Positions 1-8,470 are shown, counted from the stretch's first letter. The stretch is DNA of 55,368 bases from Candidatus Micrarchaeota archaeon (GCA_027046625.1 JALTXX010000008.1:1-55368); one strand, 5' to 3'. Program-made: numbers and translations. The notes: generated from the letters alone by a model not told the origin.

Positions 1-36
1 GAGCTAATAACAGAGGAAGAACTTCGCGGTGAATAG
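1..36 (+). CDS. C-terminal end of probable antitoxin (partial, window edge)
   Basis: Reads ELITEEELRGE*, resembling the tail DFVSEEEFWRE of the antitoxin at 4294-4521; lies directly before a RelE-like fragment. Confidence 0.45.
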   Translation, partial: ELITEEELRGE

Positions 37-38
37 CG

Positions 39-134
39 ATGCTTGTTCTATTCAAGTCAAGGGTTAAGAAACAGCTCAGGAAGCTTCCAAAACATATAGA
101 AAGGAAGTTCTGGAGCTTGTCAAAAAGATTTTAG
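39..134 (+). pseudogene. Truncated RelE/ParE-family toxin
   Basis: Hand translation MLVLFKSRVKKQLRKLPKHIERKFWSLSKRF* has the RelE N-terminal pattern (K.L.KL) but stops after 31 aa. Confidence 0.55.
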
Positions 135-198
135 GGATTTGAACCTTCACCAACTCTGTGTTCACAAATTTGAAGCTCTGTATATTGGTGTTCGTGGG

Positions 199-1083
199 CT
201 AGGGGTTCACCTCCAAGAGCCTCATAATGTACTTCTTCGTCCCTGACTTAAGACGTTCAATTATTTGCCTATCCTCCTTCGGGAAGCTCGCCGATTCGGA
301 GTGTGTAGGTACAACAAATACTTTATCTATTTTTAATTCAAAAAATGCTTCCCATTGAGATAATACATACTCTATTTTGTCCTCCAAGCTCTTCAAATTC
401 TCTGCCCTACCTTGTTCTCTTCCCAAACTCTTAAATATCTTTTCTAGGCTGAAATTCTCGGAAACCCATACCCTTTCAATCTTTTCGGCCTCTCTAACGT
501 GACCAAATACATTGAGCTTAGGTTGCTTCTTTACTTTTACTTTAAAATAAATCCACTTAGGCTTCCTTAATGTTCCAAGGTTGTATGTGCGGTAAAGAAA
601 ATTATCCCAAAGGAATAGATCAAATCCTAAACCCCTGTATATGGGAACCCTTAGCTCATTAAGGTTCTCGATCAGGAACAAAACTTTCCTGTAGTCGTTG
701 ACTTCTATCTCTTCCCAAGCATTAGGCAGCTCATGATTCAGTTCTTTCACTTCAACGGTTTCCCTAAGAGAAAAGTCTTTCCTTATATCACACAGCCTCT
801 CTACCACTTCTTTAAAAATACTCTTTTTGCGATCTTCTGGAATCTTTCTTGGCATCAAAAAGAGGAGGAAGAATCCGAGAGGAATATTTAAACGGTAGAC
901 GTTTTCGTACAGGTACGTGGCTATGTGTAATAGTGTGTCCTGCGGTAATGAGTCGATTAAAATAGTTGCAGAAACAGGAAACTGCGAGACATCAAACTCT
1001 GCATTGAGAAACAAATCTACCATATCCTCTGCAATTACTTGGGCCACATACTCAGGAGAACACCTCAACGGTTCCGTCTTCAT
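199..1083 (-). CDS. Hypothetical 294-aa protein, last gene of the rSAM/precursor operon
   Basis: Long ORF overlapping the PEP-utiliser gene by 32 nt; no motif recognised. Confidence 0.8.
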   Translation of the reverse strand: MKTEPLRCSPEYVAQVIAEDMVDLFLNAEFDVSQFPVSATILIDSLPQDTLLHIATYLYENVYRLNIPLGFFLLFLMPRKIPEDRKKSIFKEVVERLCDIRKDFSLRETVEVKELNHELPNAWEEIEVNDYRKVLFLIENLNELRVPIYRGLGFDLFLWDNFLYRTYNLGTLRKPKWIYFKVKVKKQPKLNVFGHVREAEKIERVWVSENFSLEKIFKSLGREQGRAENLKSLEDKIEYVLSQWEAFFELKIDKVFVVPTHSESASFPKEDRQIIERLKSGTKKYIMRLLEVNP

Positions 1084-1357
1084 GTATCTTCACCCTTGAA
1101 TTTATGGGTATCAACCTTGTAGCATTAGGCAGACGAACACATGGCATTCCTAACTCCCTCGCATAGATAGCTATATGGGAGAGCTTTCCTCCCTCTTCTA
1201 CAATGATTCCTTTGGCATTTACAACCTTTAGCGAATCGAGCGGGGTTATCCTTCTTGCCACTATAATCTCTCCTAGTTTTTCGAGAGTAGAGGCCACGCC
1301 TTCTGCAGATCCAGGGGAGAGGACCTCTCCTTTATAGGTAGCTAACTTCTTCCTCAC
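1052..1357 (-). CDS. Stand-alone PEP-utilising enzyme mobile (phosphohistidine swivelling) domain
   Basis: SPGSAEG and GIIVEEGGKLSHIAIYARELGMPCV match the GGxxSHxAIxARExGxP signature (His61). Confidence 0.9.
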   Translation of the reverse strand: MRKKLATYKGEVLSPGSAEGVASTLEKLGEIIVARRITPLDSLKVVNAKGIIVEEGGKLSHIAIYARELGMPCVRLPNATRLIPINSRVKIHEDGTVEVFS

Positions 1358-2522
1358 TCTCTAACCACCTTTCGAGCAGTTCTTTTGCTTCTTTTTTGTA
1401 TGGGATTACATAGGGTATAACCATCTCTATCAGTTGTTTTTCGTAATCGCATGATGGCGGTACAGCATCCAGATTTCCGTTTATATATGCCAGAAATGGA
1501 CAGCCCCCTCCTCCACCACACAAACCTTTTCTATGGAGTGGACAAGAGTTACATCGCGTGTTTCTTAGAGTTTCGGCACGTTCTACCAGTTTAACGAAAT
1601 TTGAGTGCGTAAAAATCTCTTCTAGGTCATTAACATTATGTATGTTTCCAAACATAAAATCAGGGACGTGAAGACTTGCGGTTCTATTACATAAGGAGAC
1701 TGTTCCGTCCCAATCTATGGCTAGAAAGTGCCTTGTTTTTGCACAACCGATACTCATATGACAATAGGACACAGGTTTCTCAAGCACTATAGCTTGAACC
1801 GCTTTCATAAATATCGGTATATCTATCGGATCCCCATCTTTTATCCAGATATCTAATAAATTTCTCATAAATTTCAAATATTCTTGTGGTGTAATATAAA
1901 GATTGGAGAATATCTTTGCTCTGCCCCACATTATCAGCGGGCTTGGTTGTAATCCAAGACCATTTTCTTTGAAGAAGTTATAAAGTTCCTGCTCTTTGCC
2001 TAAATGGTATTTTGTAACCACCATAATAGCTCCTATATGCCTCTGGTGCTTCCTGAGCAATCTTACTGCTCGTATCACATCATCATAGCTACCTTTGTTA
2101 TTGGGATACACCCTTAGCTTGTCATGTATTTCTTTTGGTCCGTCTAGGCTTATCCCTACATAGACGTTATGTTTTCCGAAAAGACTCGCAAAATTATCGT
2201 CAAGGAGAGTTCCGTTTGTCTGTAACTTAATGCGAATTTTTACACTATCTTTTAATCCATCACCTAGTTTGCTTATGTATTCTAATGCTTTCGTATAATT
2301 TTCTATTCCCCATAAGAGTGGTTCCCCTCCATGGAATAGTATTTCTAAATTAAAGGGAGCGCTTCTTTTTGCATAGTTTAATGCTAACCTGATAGATTGC
2401 TGAAAAGTTTCAAGCTTCATAAGTCCAACATAGGGAGAATCGCCGCCAGGTACATAGCAATATTTACAACGCATGTTGCAACCATCGCCACTAGGTCTTA
2501 CCATAAGCGATAGTTGTTGCAT
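1332..2522 (-). CDS. Radical SAM/SPASM peptide maturase (anSME/FxsB-like)
   Basis: CNMRCKYC, FHGGEPLL, QTNGTLL, ISLDGP; SPASM cysteines CHMSIGC, GTVSLC, CNSC, CGGGGGC, PSC; SD GGGGTG upstream. Confidence 0.93.
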   Translation of the reverse strand: MQQLSLMVRPSGDGCNMRCKYCYVPGGDSPYVGLMKLETFQQSIRLALNYAKRSAPFNLEILFHGGEPLLWGIENYTKALEYISKLGDGLKDSVKIRIKLQTNGTLLDDNFASLFGKHNVYVGISLDGPKEIHDKLRVYPNNKGSYDDVIRAVRLLRKHQRHIGAIMVVTKYHLGKEQELYNFFKENGLGLQPSPLIMWGRAKIFSNLYITPQEYLKFMRNLLDIWIKDGDPIDIPIFMKAVQAIVLEKPVSYCHMSIGCAKTRHFLAIDWDGTVSLCNRTASLHVPDFMFGNIHNVNDLEEIFTHSNFVKLVERAETLRNTRCNSCPLHRKGLCGGGGGCPFLAYINGNLDAVPPSCDYEKQLIEMVIPYVIPYKKEAKELLERWLESEEEVSYL

Positions 2523-2586
2523 CTGTTCTACACCCCGTTATTCGTGTTTTGGACATAAAAATAAAGTAAGTAGCAAACGTTGAAGC

Positions 2587-2715
2587 TCAATACCTGTCCA
2601 CATAGTCTTCGGTGGCCCAGCTGTCGTCGTACATAGTTTTCGGAGCAACTATTTTCTCTCTGTCATACGTAACCATAGCTTTTATACTCTTACGAATGTA
2701 CGCGGGTACCTTCAT
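2587..2715 (-). CDS. Putative RiPP precursor, 42 aa MKVPAYIRKSIKAMVTYDREKIVAPKTMYDDSWATEDYVDRY
   Basis: Below the ORF-track cutoff; SD GAGGGTGA, TATA-like GTATAAAT at 2758-2751, immediately upstream of the rSAM/SPASM gene; basic leader and acidic aromatic core. Confidence 0.8.
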   Translation of the reverse strand: MKVPAYIRKSIKAMVTYDREKIVAPKTMYDDSWATEDYVDRY

Positions 2716-2750
2716 ACCATCACCCTCATCAATATAGGTGATCTTGCCCT

Positions 2751-2758
2751 ATTTATAC
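2751..2758 (-). promoter_or_regulatory. TATA box of precursor operon
   Basis: GTATAAAT on the minus strand about 25-30 nt upstream of the precursor SD. Confidence 0.55.
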
Positions 2759-2852
2759 ATTAGCGCTAGCTAAGGCCCCCGTCAATAAGAAAGGTGTGAA
2801 CGCTGTACCCGAACGGATTCATAGAGGAAAGTCTCCCCAAATGGCCTTGTAG

Positions 2853-3803
2853 CTAAAAGTACCTCTTCAGCATGCCATCAACGCTAAATATATAGTTACC
2901 CTCTCGGTCATAGGAGAGTGCATAGGGTACGAGGCTTACCTCGTCCATAAGTGAAAGAAGGTAAGCAGGCGTGTACCTTCGAATCCTGCCCACCACTATT
3001 CTGGCATTCTTCTTGAAGGGGATTTTATACTTCCAGAAATCAACCTCAACTTCCCTCTTCATCTCGATGTATATCACGATCTCCATCCTGTTCTGGTCGG
3101 CATGGTACCTCAGTATGAAGTCGTCCTCCGAAAGGCCAAAGAACGTCCTCACGCCTGCCGTGAACAGCCTTACAAGCTCTGGTACTTCAACGAACTTTGG
3201 GGCATGAGAATAAAACGTTAGAGGATCAAAGAGCGTCACGGTTACGAAGAAGTGGTCTCTGATGCCCATGGCCTCTCTTATGTTGGTGAGTATTCTCACT
3301 TCGTTAGAATGGTTACCGAGAGTTGCCCCTAGAAGGCCAATGAGCTTTGGCCTATCCGATGTCTCCAATAAGAGCCTCTGCAGGCTGAAAGAGTCGAAGT
3401 CCAGCTGGACGGGTTTTACATCCCTTGCAACAGCCCTCAGTTTTTTTGCAGCCCTCTCAAGTAGCTCTGCCGATATGTCCACGGGAACATAGTCAACGGC
3501 GATGCCCTTCTCGTTCAGGAATTCCACGAGCCTGAGGGCCGGCGTTCCCTCTCCAGACCCCAGATCTATAAAATAGAGTTCCTCTATTTTCTCGTCAGTG
3601 AGAATGTGATTGATCATCCTCTTGAGAAGCCTTGTCTCCCTAAGGCTGTACTGATCCTTTGAGTACTTGTTAAAAACACCTTCCCAGGCGGTGGCCCCCT
3701 CCTCACCCATGTAGCTGAACTTAAGGGGCAGCTCTGCCCTGCCGACGATGCTATCATAGATTTCCCTCCTCTGTTCCGGCGTGAGGAGATCCTCATTAGG
3801 CAT
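2853..3803 (-). CDS. EgtD-like (L-histidine N-alpha-methyltransferase family) SAM-dependent methyltransferase
   Basis: ELPLKFSY..EG...W, Y...E..LL, DLGSGEG, YVPVDIS, LGATLGN motifs. Confidence 0.85.
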   Translation of the reverse strand: MPNEDLLTPEQRREIYDSIVGRAELPLKFSYMGEEGATAWEGVFNKYSKDQYSLRETRLLKRMINHILTDEKIEELYFIDLGSGEGTPALRLVEFLNEKGIAVDYVPVDISAELLERAAKKLRAVARDVKPVQLDFDSFSLQRLLLETSDRPKLIGLLGATLGNHSNEVRILTNIREAMGIRDHFFVTVTLFDPLTFYSHAPKFVEVPELVRLFTAGVRTFFGLSEDDFILRYHADQNRMEIVIYIEMKREVEVDFWKYKIPFKKNARIVVGRIRRYTPAYLLSLMDEVSLVPYALSYDREGNYIFSVDGMLKRYF

Positions 3804-3924
3804 AATAGAAAATACCCGTTTCTGTTTTTAAGGTTTGCTGCGCTTAAGGACTCCCATTTTCGGCGTCACTGGGAAGTATGCCTACGGAACGGGTTTCGCC
3901 TTCTTTTTAACTCTTTTACTACTT

Positions 3925-3951
3925 CGGGTTTATTATAACCCGCGACCTCCG
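3925..3951. repeat. Short inverted repeat CGGGTT-N6-AACCCG overlapping a 15-nt copy of tRNA-Met 3' half sequence
   Basis: AACCCGCGACCTCCG at 3937-3951 is identical to 6228-6242. Confidence 0.4.
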
Positions 3952-4043
3952 TGTGTTTTGAGTTTGGGACACGGGATAACCTCCAATTTGTTCAGGAAAC
4001 CTTACAGGATAGTTCCATTACAGTGATATAATATTGCAAACAT

Positions 4044-4307
4044 TTAAAGCTTCCAGAGACGCTTGTATACTCTCTTTCGGTGCTCGATTAAGAGGACAAC
4101 TATTCTTTTATCTCGAGAACGAATGTCTATGATAATTCTGTAATCGCCAACTCTAATTTTCCTATACGGAAGGTTTACAAGGGGTTCCGAATACTTCCAG
4201 GGGTCTTTCCTTATTAGCTCCAGCTTTTCACGCACGCGTGTAAGAATGTTCTTAGGCAGCTTTTTGGCATCCTTTAATACTTTTCTGCTAAACTCAATCT
4301 TCCACAC
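4044..4307 (-). CDS. relE: RelE/ParE-family toxin
   Basis: WKIEFS..LKDAKKL, YRKIRVGDYRII, HRKRVY; probable GTG start at 4307 overlapping the antitoxin stop. Confidence 0.9.
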   Translation of the reverse strand: MWKIEFSRKVLKDAKKLPKNILTRVREKLELIRKDPWKYSEPLVNLPYRKIRVGDYRIIIDIRSRDKRIVVLLIEHRKRVYKRLWKL

Positions 4308-4521
4308 CAACTTCCCTCCAGAATTCTTCCTCGGAAACAAAATCAGCTTCTGCAGCACGCTTCTTTAGCTCCTTTACCACATCGGGATCGATTATTCCTT
4401 CATCATCGTATGCAATTCCCAGCGCCTCCTCTATGATGCGCAGTCTTGTGCTGATTTCCCTAAGTGTACGAATGACTTCCTCTGTAGTTGCAGTTGTTGA
4501 CATGTTATAACAATTGTTCAT
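4294..4521 (-). CDS. Cognate antitoxin (RelB-like)
   Basis: Small acidic protein upstream of and overlapping relE; FVSEEEFW tail. Confidence 0.75.
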   Translation of the reverse strand: MNNCYNMSTTATTEEVIRTLREISTRLRIIEEALGIAYDDEGIIDPDVVKELKKRAAEADFVSEEEFWREVGVED

Positions 4522-4534
4522 TGTTATTTAAACT

Positions 4535-5154
4535 GTGAACCTTATCAATGTCCTCAACTCAGAGCTCCGCGATGAAGCCCTACGAAGATGGAAGATAGCA
4601 AAAGAGGTAGCAAAACGAGTAAATGGAGTAATCTATGGAAGTATGGCAGCGATGATGGTTGATGGACTTCCGAGACTGCCTAGGGATGCAGATATTGCAG
4701 TGGACTGGAGCCTGGATAAGTTTCTGGAGTGGTTAGAAAGTTTGAACAAGAAAGTTGGTTTGAGGTAGAACTTGTTCGTCAACCACCAGGTGTTTGGAAG
4801 AACGACGGACCACAGTATACACTTCTGCTTTGGGAGAAAGATTACAGGTTTTTCGTTAACCTTGCATCGGAGCATGTAGAATCAAATAAAGTAGTTGATG
4901 GAGCAAAACTGAGGCTCGAAAGGAATGAATACATAGAGCAGAAGAAACGGAAAATACTGGAAGGAAATCCTACGATCCTCGATCTCTTAGACCTGCTGTG
5001 GTTTGAAGGAGAAGATGCGTGGAGGTTCGCAGATTTGTTATCAGAAGATATAAAGAGAAAAATTGTAAGAAGCATAGAGAAGTATGTGAAACTTGTGCCA
5101 GGGGAGAATCAAACAATAATCGATGAGATACAAAGACGCTTACGCTTACTTTAG
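4535..5154 (+). pseudogene. Frameshifted nucleotidyltransferase (AbiEii-like/Pol-beta fold)
   Basis: ORF 4535-4768 has IYGSMAA...PRLPRDADIAVD; ORF 4729-5154 continues in another frame with a 40-nt overlap. Confidence 0.55.
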
Positions 5155-5216
5155 GGGGAGCGATCAATTACCAAATGCAACGTTAGTCCTGATACAGGCT
5201 GTGTATTTGTATTCGT

Positions 5217-5489
5217 TTATATTCGTCTTCTCTTTGCTGCATCTACAGCCTTATCAACTACGATACGGAAATAGTAAATAAGAACACCAAAACCGCCCAC
5301 TCCTGTGAAAATTGCTTGAAAACTTATTCCTGGAGACTAATGCAGTAATGTGTCAAGCACCATACCAAAGACCATAAAGAAGGGGATTACAACGGCTATC
5401 AACATAAAGCGCATTATTGGTTGTTGCCACTCTTCAAATATTTTCTCCTCGACGGCTTGTGCTCTACGATTAGTTCTCTTGGGCTTCAT
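5217..5489 (-). pseudogene. Two-TM membrane protein with internal amber stop
   Basis: SD GGAGGTG, ATG at 5489, TAG at 5339-5337; the frame continues with a second hydrophobic helix to TAA at 5217. Confidence 0.5.
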
Positions 5490-6207
5490 CTTTGTACACC
5501 TCCGAAAGCGATCTAATTAATGCTGGTGCAAGAACACCCACAAAGACATAATACCACATGCTAAAAACAAGTAAACCGACCATAGTGGTATTCGATAACT
5601 CTGCATCTTTGATGCCTGCAGCAAAAACAAGCGCGTATACTATGAGAACTAAAATACCAACAAATACTGCTGACTCGGCATACACTATTTTAGGTGGGAA
5701 ACCGCCCTGTATTAGTCTCTCTTCTCTGTCTTTTAATCCGCCTGCTCCTAAAAAGGCGGAGAAAAGAGTTAATATGGTCGCAATCGTACCCGTCTCACCT
5801 TTTAGTCTGCTTACGACCAGCGAAAAATCTCCCAACAAATCTGATAGAGTTGGGATATAAAAGATTAAAAAGGAAAGTAAGGTAATGTCTATAGCACCTA
5901 TTAGTGCAAAGACGATCAACCGCAAGTATTGTTCAATACCCGAATATAATTCAAACCAGCCGAGTTTTCCAGAAAGTAGGTATAGAATAATCCCCATGCT
6001 AAAAATCGTGATAATTGCGACGCTTACAAGAAGGAGTATACCTAGCAAGTTACCGAAGATACTAGAAAGAGGTGCAATAAAAATACGTGGATAAAACCAA
6101 ACTGCCAGTGCTAAGAATAAGATTATACCAACGATGAAACCAGCAAGCCCACTAATGGCTACCTTTTTCCAGCCCTGACGGTCTCTGGTATTGGCTCTCG
6201 AAGACAT
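5470..6207 (-). CDS. Multi-pass membrane protein
   Basis: About 6 hydrophobic segments; start moved to ATG 6207 because the ORF-track start lies within tRNA-Met. Confidence 0.75.
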   Translation of the reverse strand: MSSRANTRDRQGWKKVAISGLAGFIVGIILFLALAVWFYPRIFIAPLSSIFGNLLGILLLVSVAIITIFSMGIILYLLSGKLGWFELYSGIEQYLRLIVFALIGAIDITLLSFLIFYIPTLSDLLGDFSLVVSRLKGETGTIATILTLFSAFLGAGGLKDREERLIQGGFPPKIVYAESAVFVGILVLIVYALVFAAGIKDAELSNTTMVGLLVFSMWYYVFVGVLAPALIRSLSEVYKDEAQEN

Positions 6208-6209
6208 AA

Positions 6210-6377
6210 TGCCGGGGGCGGGATTTGAACCCGCGACCTCCGGATGTCCCATTCCAGCTGGCCAGACCCGCACAGGTTGTTGTTAGTGACGGATTTCAAC
6301 TACCTGTTGGTGGAGTTTATTGGATGGGCTGGTTGGGATTATGAGTCCGGCGCTCTGACCAGCTGAGCTACCCCGGC
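6210..6377 (-). tRNA. tRNA-Met(CAT), elongator type, with 94-nt intron at 37/38 (6246-6339)
   Basis: GCCGGGG acceptor, CCGGA-CT-CAT-A|intron|A-TCCGG, GGTTCAAATCC; bulge-helix-bulge-like junction (TAA and ACA bulges, CTCA/TGGG helix). Confidence 0.92.
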
Positions 6378-6452
6378 ACCTAATGATGGTGTGATATGTG
6401 GTGTTTAAAATTGGTGATGTATAGTATAGTGAAGATAGGGATATGTGGATTT

Positions 6453-6773
6453 TCAGACGCTGCGCAACTTTCTTAGGACTATGATAGTTATTGCATAAAG
6501 AATAAGGTGGATCGGAGTATAAAATATGCCAAAAATCCCTGCAGCCAGCCTACCTTCTATGAGAGCACCTGCTGCAAGTGTTGCTGCAATCCAGAACACC
6601 ACAAAGAGAATAAATGTTAATGCTATAGCAGAAAGGTTTTTGTTGTATGCAACAACGGCAGGTGGTATGGCAGAAAGGATGAATAGAATAGGGTTATCTA
6701 CTATTATTGCAAAAAGAGCAACTAATGCTCCGACAACAGCCCCTATGGTAACGTCCATCATCTTAGATCCCAC
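6453..6773 (-). CDS. Small membrane protein
   Basis: 106 aa, 3-4 hydrophobic helices; overlaps upstream gene. Confidence 0.75.
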   Translation of the reverse strand: MGSKMMDVTIGAVVGALVALFAIIVDNPILFILSAIPPAVVAYNKNLSAIALTFILFVVFWIAATLAAGALIEGRLAAGIFGIFYTPIHLILYAITIIVLRKLRSV

Positions 6774-7480
6774 CTTGCAACAGGATACCCCATATATGCA
6801 AACACTAACCTAGATATGAGATCCTCGTCCGAAGGATAGGCAGCCAACATAATTTCCTTGGGTCTGTCGTTTGAAGGGATGACGAACATACATGTGGCAG
6901 TTCTTTTCTCCTTTTCTTTGGCGGTATTATAATGGCAGGGGGTGTCAAAGATAATCTTTCTAGGTAATACATATCTTCCACTTTCCAGTAGAAGTATGGG
7001 GGAGATGGTTTGAAGGGAAACATCCTTGGAAACATTTCCCAGAAGGAGAAGGGAAAGGAGCGGAGAACCCACTTTTACCACTGGAGGTTCTATGCCTCTT
7101 TCGGAGGTAGGGGAGTAACTTAGTTTGAGTACCAATATGGATGCTTCGCCAGTTTTCTTAACGGAGCCGTTTTCGTACCTTCCAATATAAGCTTTATAGG
7201 TATAATCACCCACCGTTGCCTCCTTTGATAGACTATAATCTGATAACTTAATCTGCGTTCCGTTAAATATTATAGGTTGAAACCTATCATATACCTTTGC
7301 GGAATTATAAGCGTTGAGTAATGGCTTCTTTAGGTTGGACAGCTGCTTGTAGCTCACCTCATACTGTATGAGCTCCTGGACGTTGTTTGTAGTACTTTCC
7401 TGGCTGCCGGAAAAGATGCCAGGTAGTACAACGAGAGCAAGGATGACTATCAACAGTATGAGGAGGATCCTCATTAACAA
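6758..7480 (-). CDS. Membrane-anchored/secreted hypothetical protein
   Basis: N-terminal hydrophobic helix then a soluble domain. Confidence 0.75.
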   Translation of the reverse strand: MLMRILLILLIVILALVVLPGIFSGSQESTTNNVQELIQYEVSYKQLSNLKKPLLNAYNSAKVYDRFQPIIFNGTQIKLSDYSLSKEATVGDYTYKAYIGRYENGSVKKTGEASILVLKLSYSPTSERGIEPPVVKVGSPLLSLLLLGNVSKDVSLQTISPILLLESGRYVLPRKIIFDTPCHYNTAKEKEKRTATCMFVIPSNDRPKEIMLAAYPSDEDLISRLVFAYMGYPVARWDLR

Positions 7481-7521
7481 TTGTTAATGTATTCCACAAA
7501 ATATAAACTTTATCGGTGTTG

Positions 7522-8469
7522 TTAACGTACTATCTTTGTAGCTGCTTTCCGCAGCCTGTCTAAAATAGCCAACCCAACCCCCTTTTCAAGGGGAGGTTCT
7601 ACGAGAATGATATCATGCTTTTTTTCTAACTCTCTTAGCTGGTTAAATAGCGTCTTGGCGACGTCTTCGGGGTTCATATCTCTTAAAAGAAGAAGTGCGA
7701 CCTTTTTATCTCTCTTAAGATCATCATAAAGAGAAAATAGCACTTCTCTACCACTCTCTACTAGTATTAGGGGAACAGAGGGAGCGTAGTGTGTGTACTT
7801 AGCTCCTGGAGTGGGTGCATCCATCTTCTTCCCGAGAGCGGCTGGGTGAACTTCCACCTCCGCAACCATTTTTATCTCCTCAAGGGGAAGGGCCCCTAGT
7901 CTCAAAACAAGAGGTGGATCGTGGACCAAGCTAAGAACAGTAGATTCTAAACCATGAAAGGTACTTCCACCGTCTATGATGATATCTATTCCTTCTTGAA
8001 AGTCTTCCAGCACATGAGAAATTCTTGTAGGGGAAGGCCTGCCTGATTTATTGGCAGATGGGGCTGCAATGGGTACACCGGATTCCTCTATAAGGGAAAG
8101 AGCAATTCTATGGTTTGGCATGCGAATGGCAACGGTATCCCTACCCCCTGTAGTTTCAAGGGGCACGAGGGAGGATCTGGATACCACAAGGGTTAGAGGG
8201 CCTGGCCAGAAATTTTCTGCAAGCTCATAGAAAAGGGGAGGAAGGTTAGATGATAGCAGTTCAGCTTGTTCTAAACTACTAACATGGACAATGAGGGGGT
8301 TGTCTGAAGGCCTACCTTTTACCTCAAAAATCCTTTTTACCGCAAAAGGTAGAAGGGCATTTGCACCCAGACCATACACTGTTTCTGTAGGAAAAACTAC
8401 TAACCCTCCCCCTCTTATTATATGTGCTGCTTCTCGGATGGAAGAGCTATCTGCTCTTACTATTTTCAT
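7522..8469 (-). CDS. sua5: Threonylcarbamoyl-AMP synthase Sua5
   Basis: FPTETVYGLGA, KGRPSDNPLIVH, APSANKSG, PGAKYTHYAP. Confidence 0.97.
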   Translation of the reverse strand: MKIVRADSSSIREAAHIIRGGGLVVFPTETVYGLGANALLPFAVKRIFEVKGRPSDNPLIVHVSSLEQAELLSSNLPPLFYELAENFWPGPLTLVVSRSSLVPLETTGGRDTVAIRMPNHRIALSLIEESGVPIAAPSANKSGRPSPTRISHVLEDFQEGIDIIIDGGSTFHGLESTVLSLVHDPPLVLRLGALPLEEIKMVAEVEVHPAALGKKMDAPTPGAKYTHYAPSVPLILVESGREVLFSLYDDLKRDKKVALLLLRDMNPEDVAKTLFNQLRELEKKHDIILVEPPLEKGVGLAILDRLRKAATKIVR

Positions 8470-8470
8470 A

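Noticed and set aside
2772-2848. AAGGCC/GGCCTT-bounded segment as ncRNA or IS remnant
   Set aside because: Only a 6-bp closing stem; no recognisable internal structure or transposase
6208-6273. N-terminal extension of ORF 5470..6273
   Set aside because: Runs through tRNA-Met; ATG 6207 is the plausible start
6246-6339. C/D-box guide RNA within the tRNA intron
   Set aside because: No RUGAUGA or CUGA boxes found
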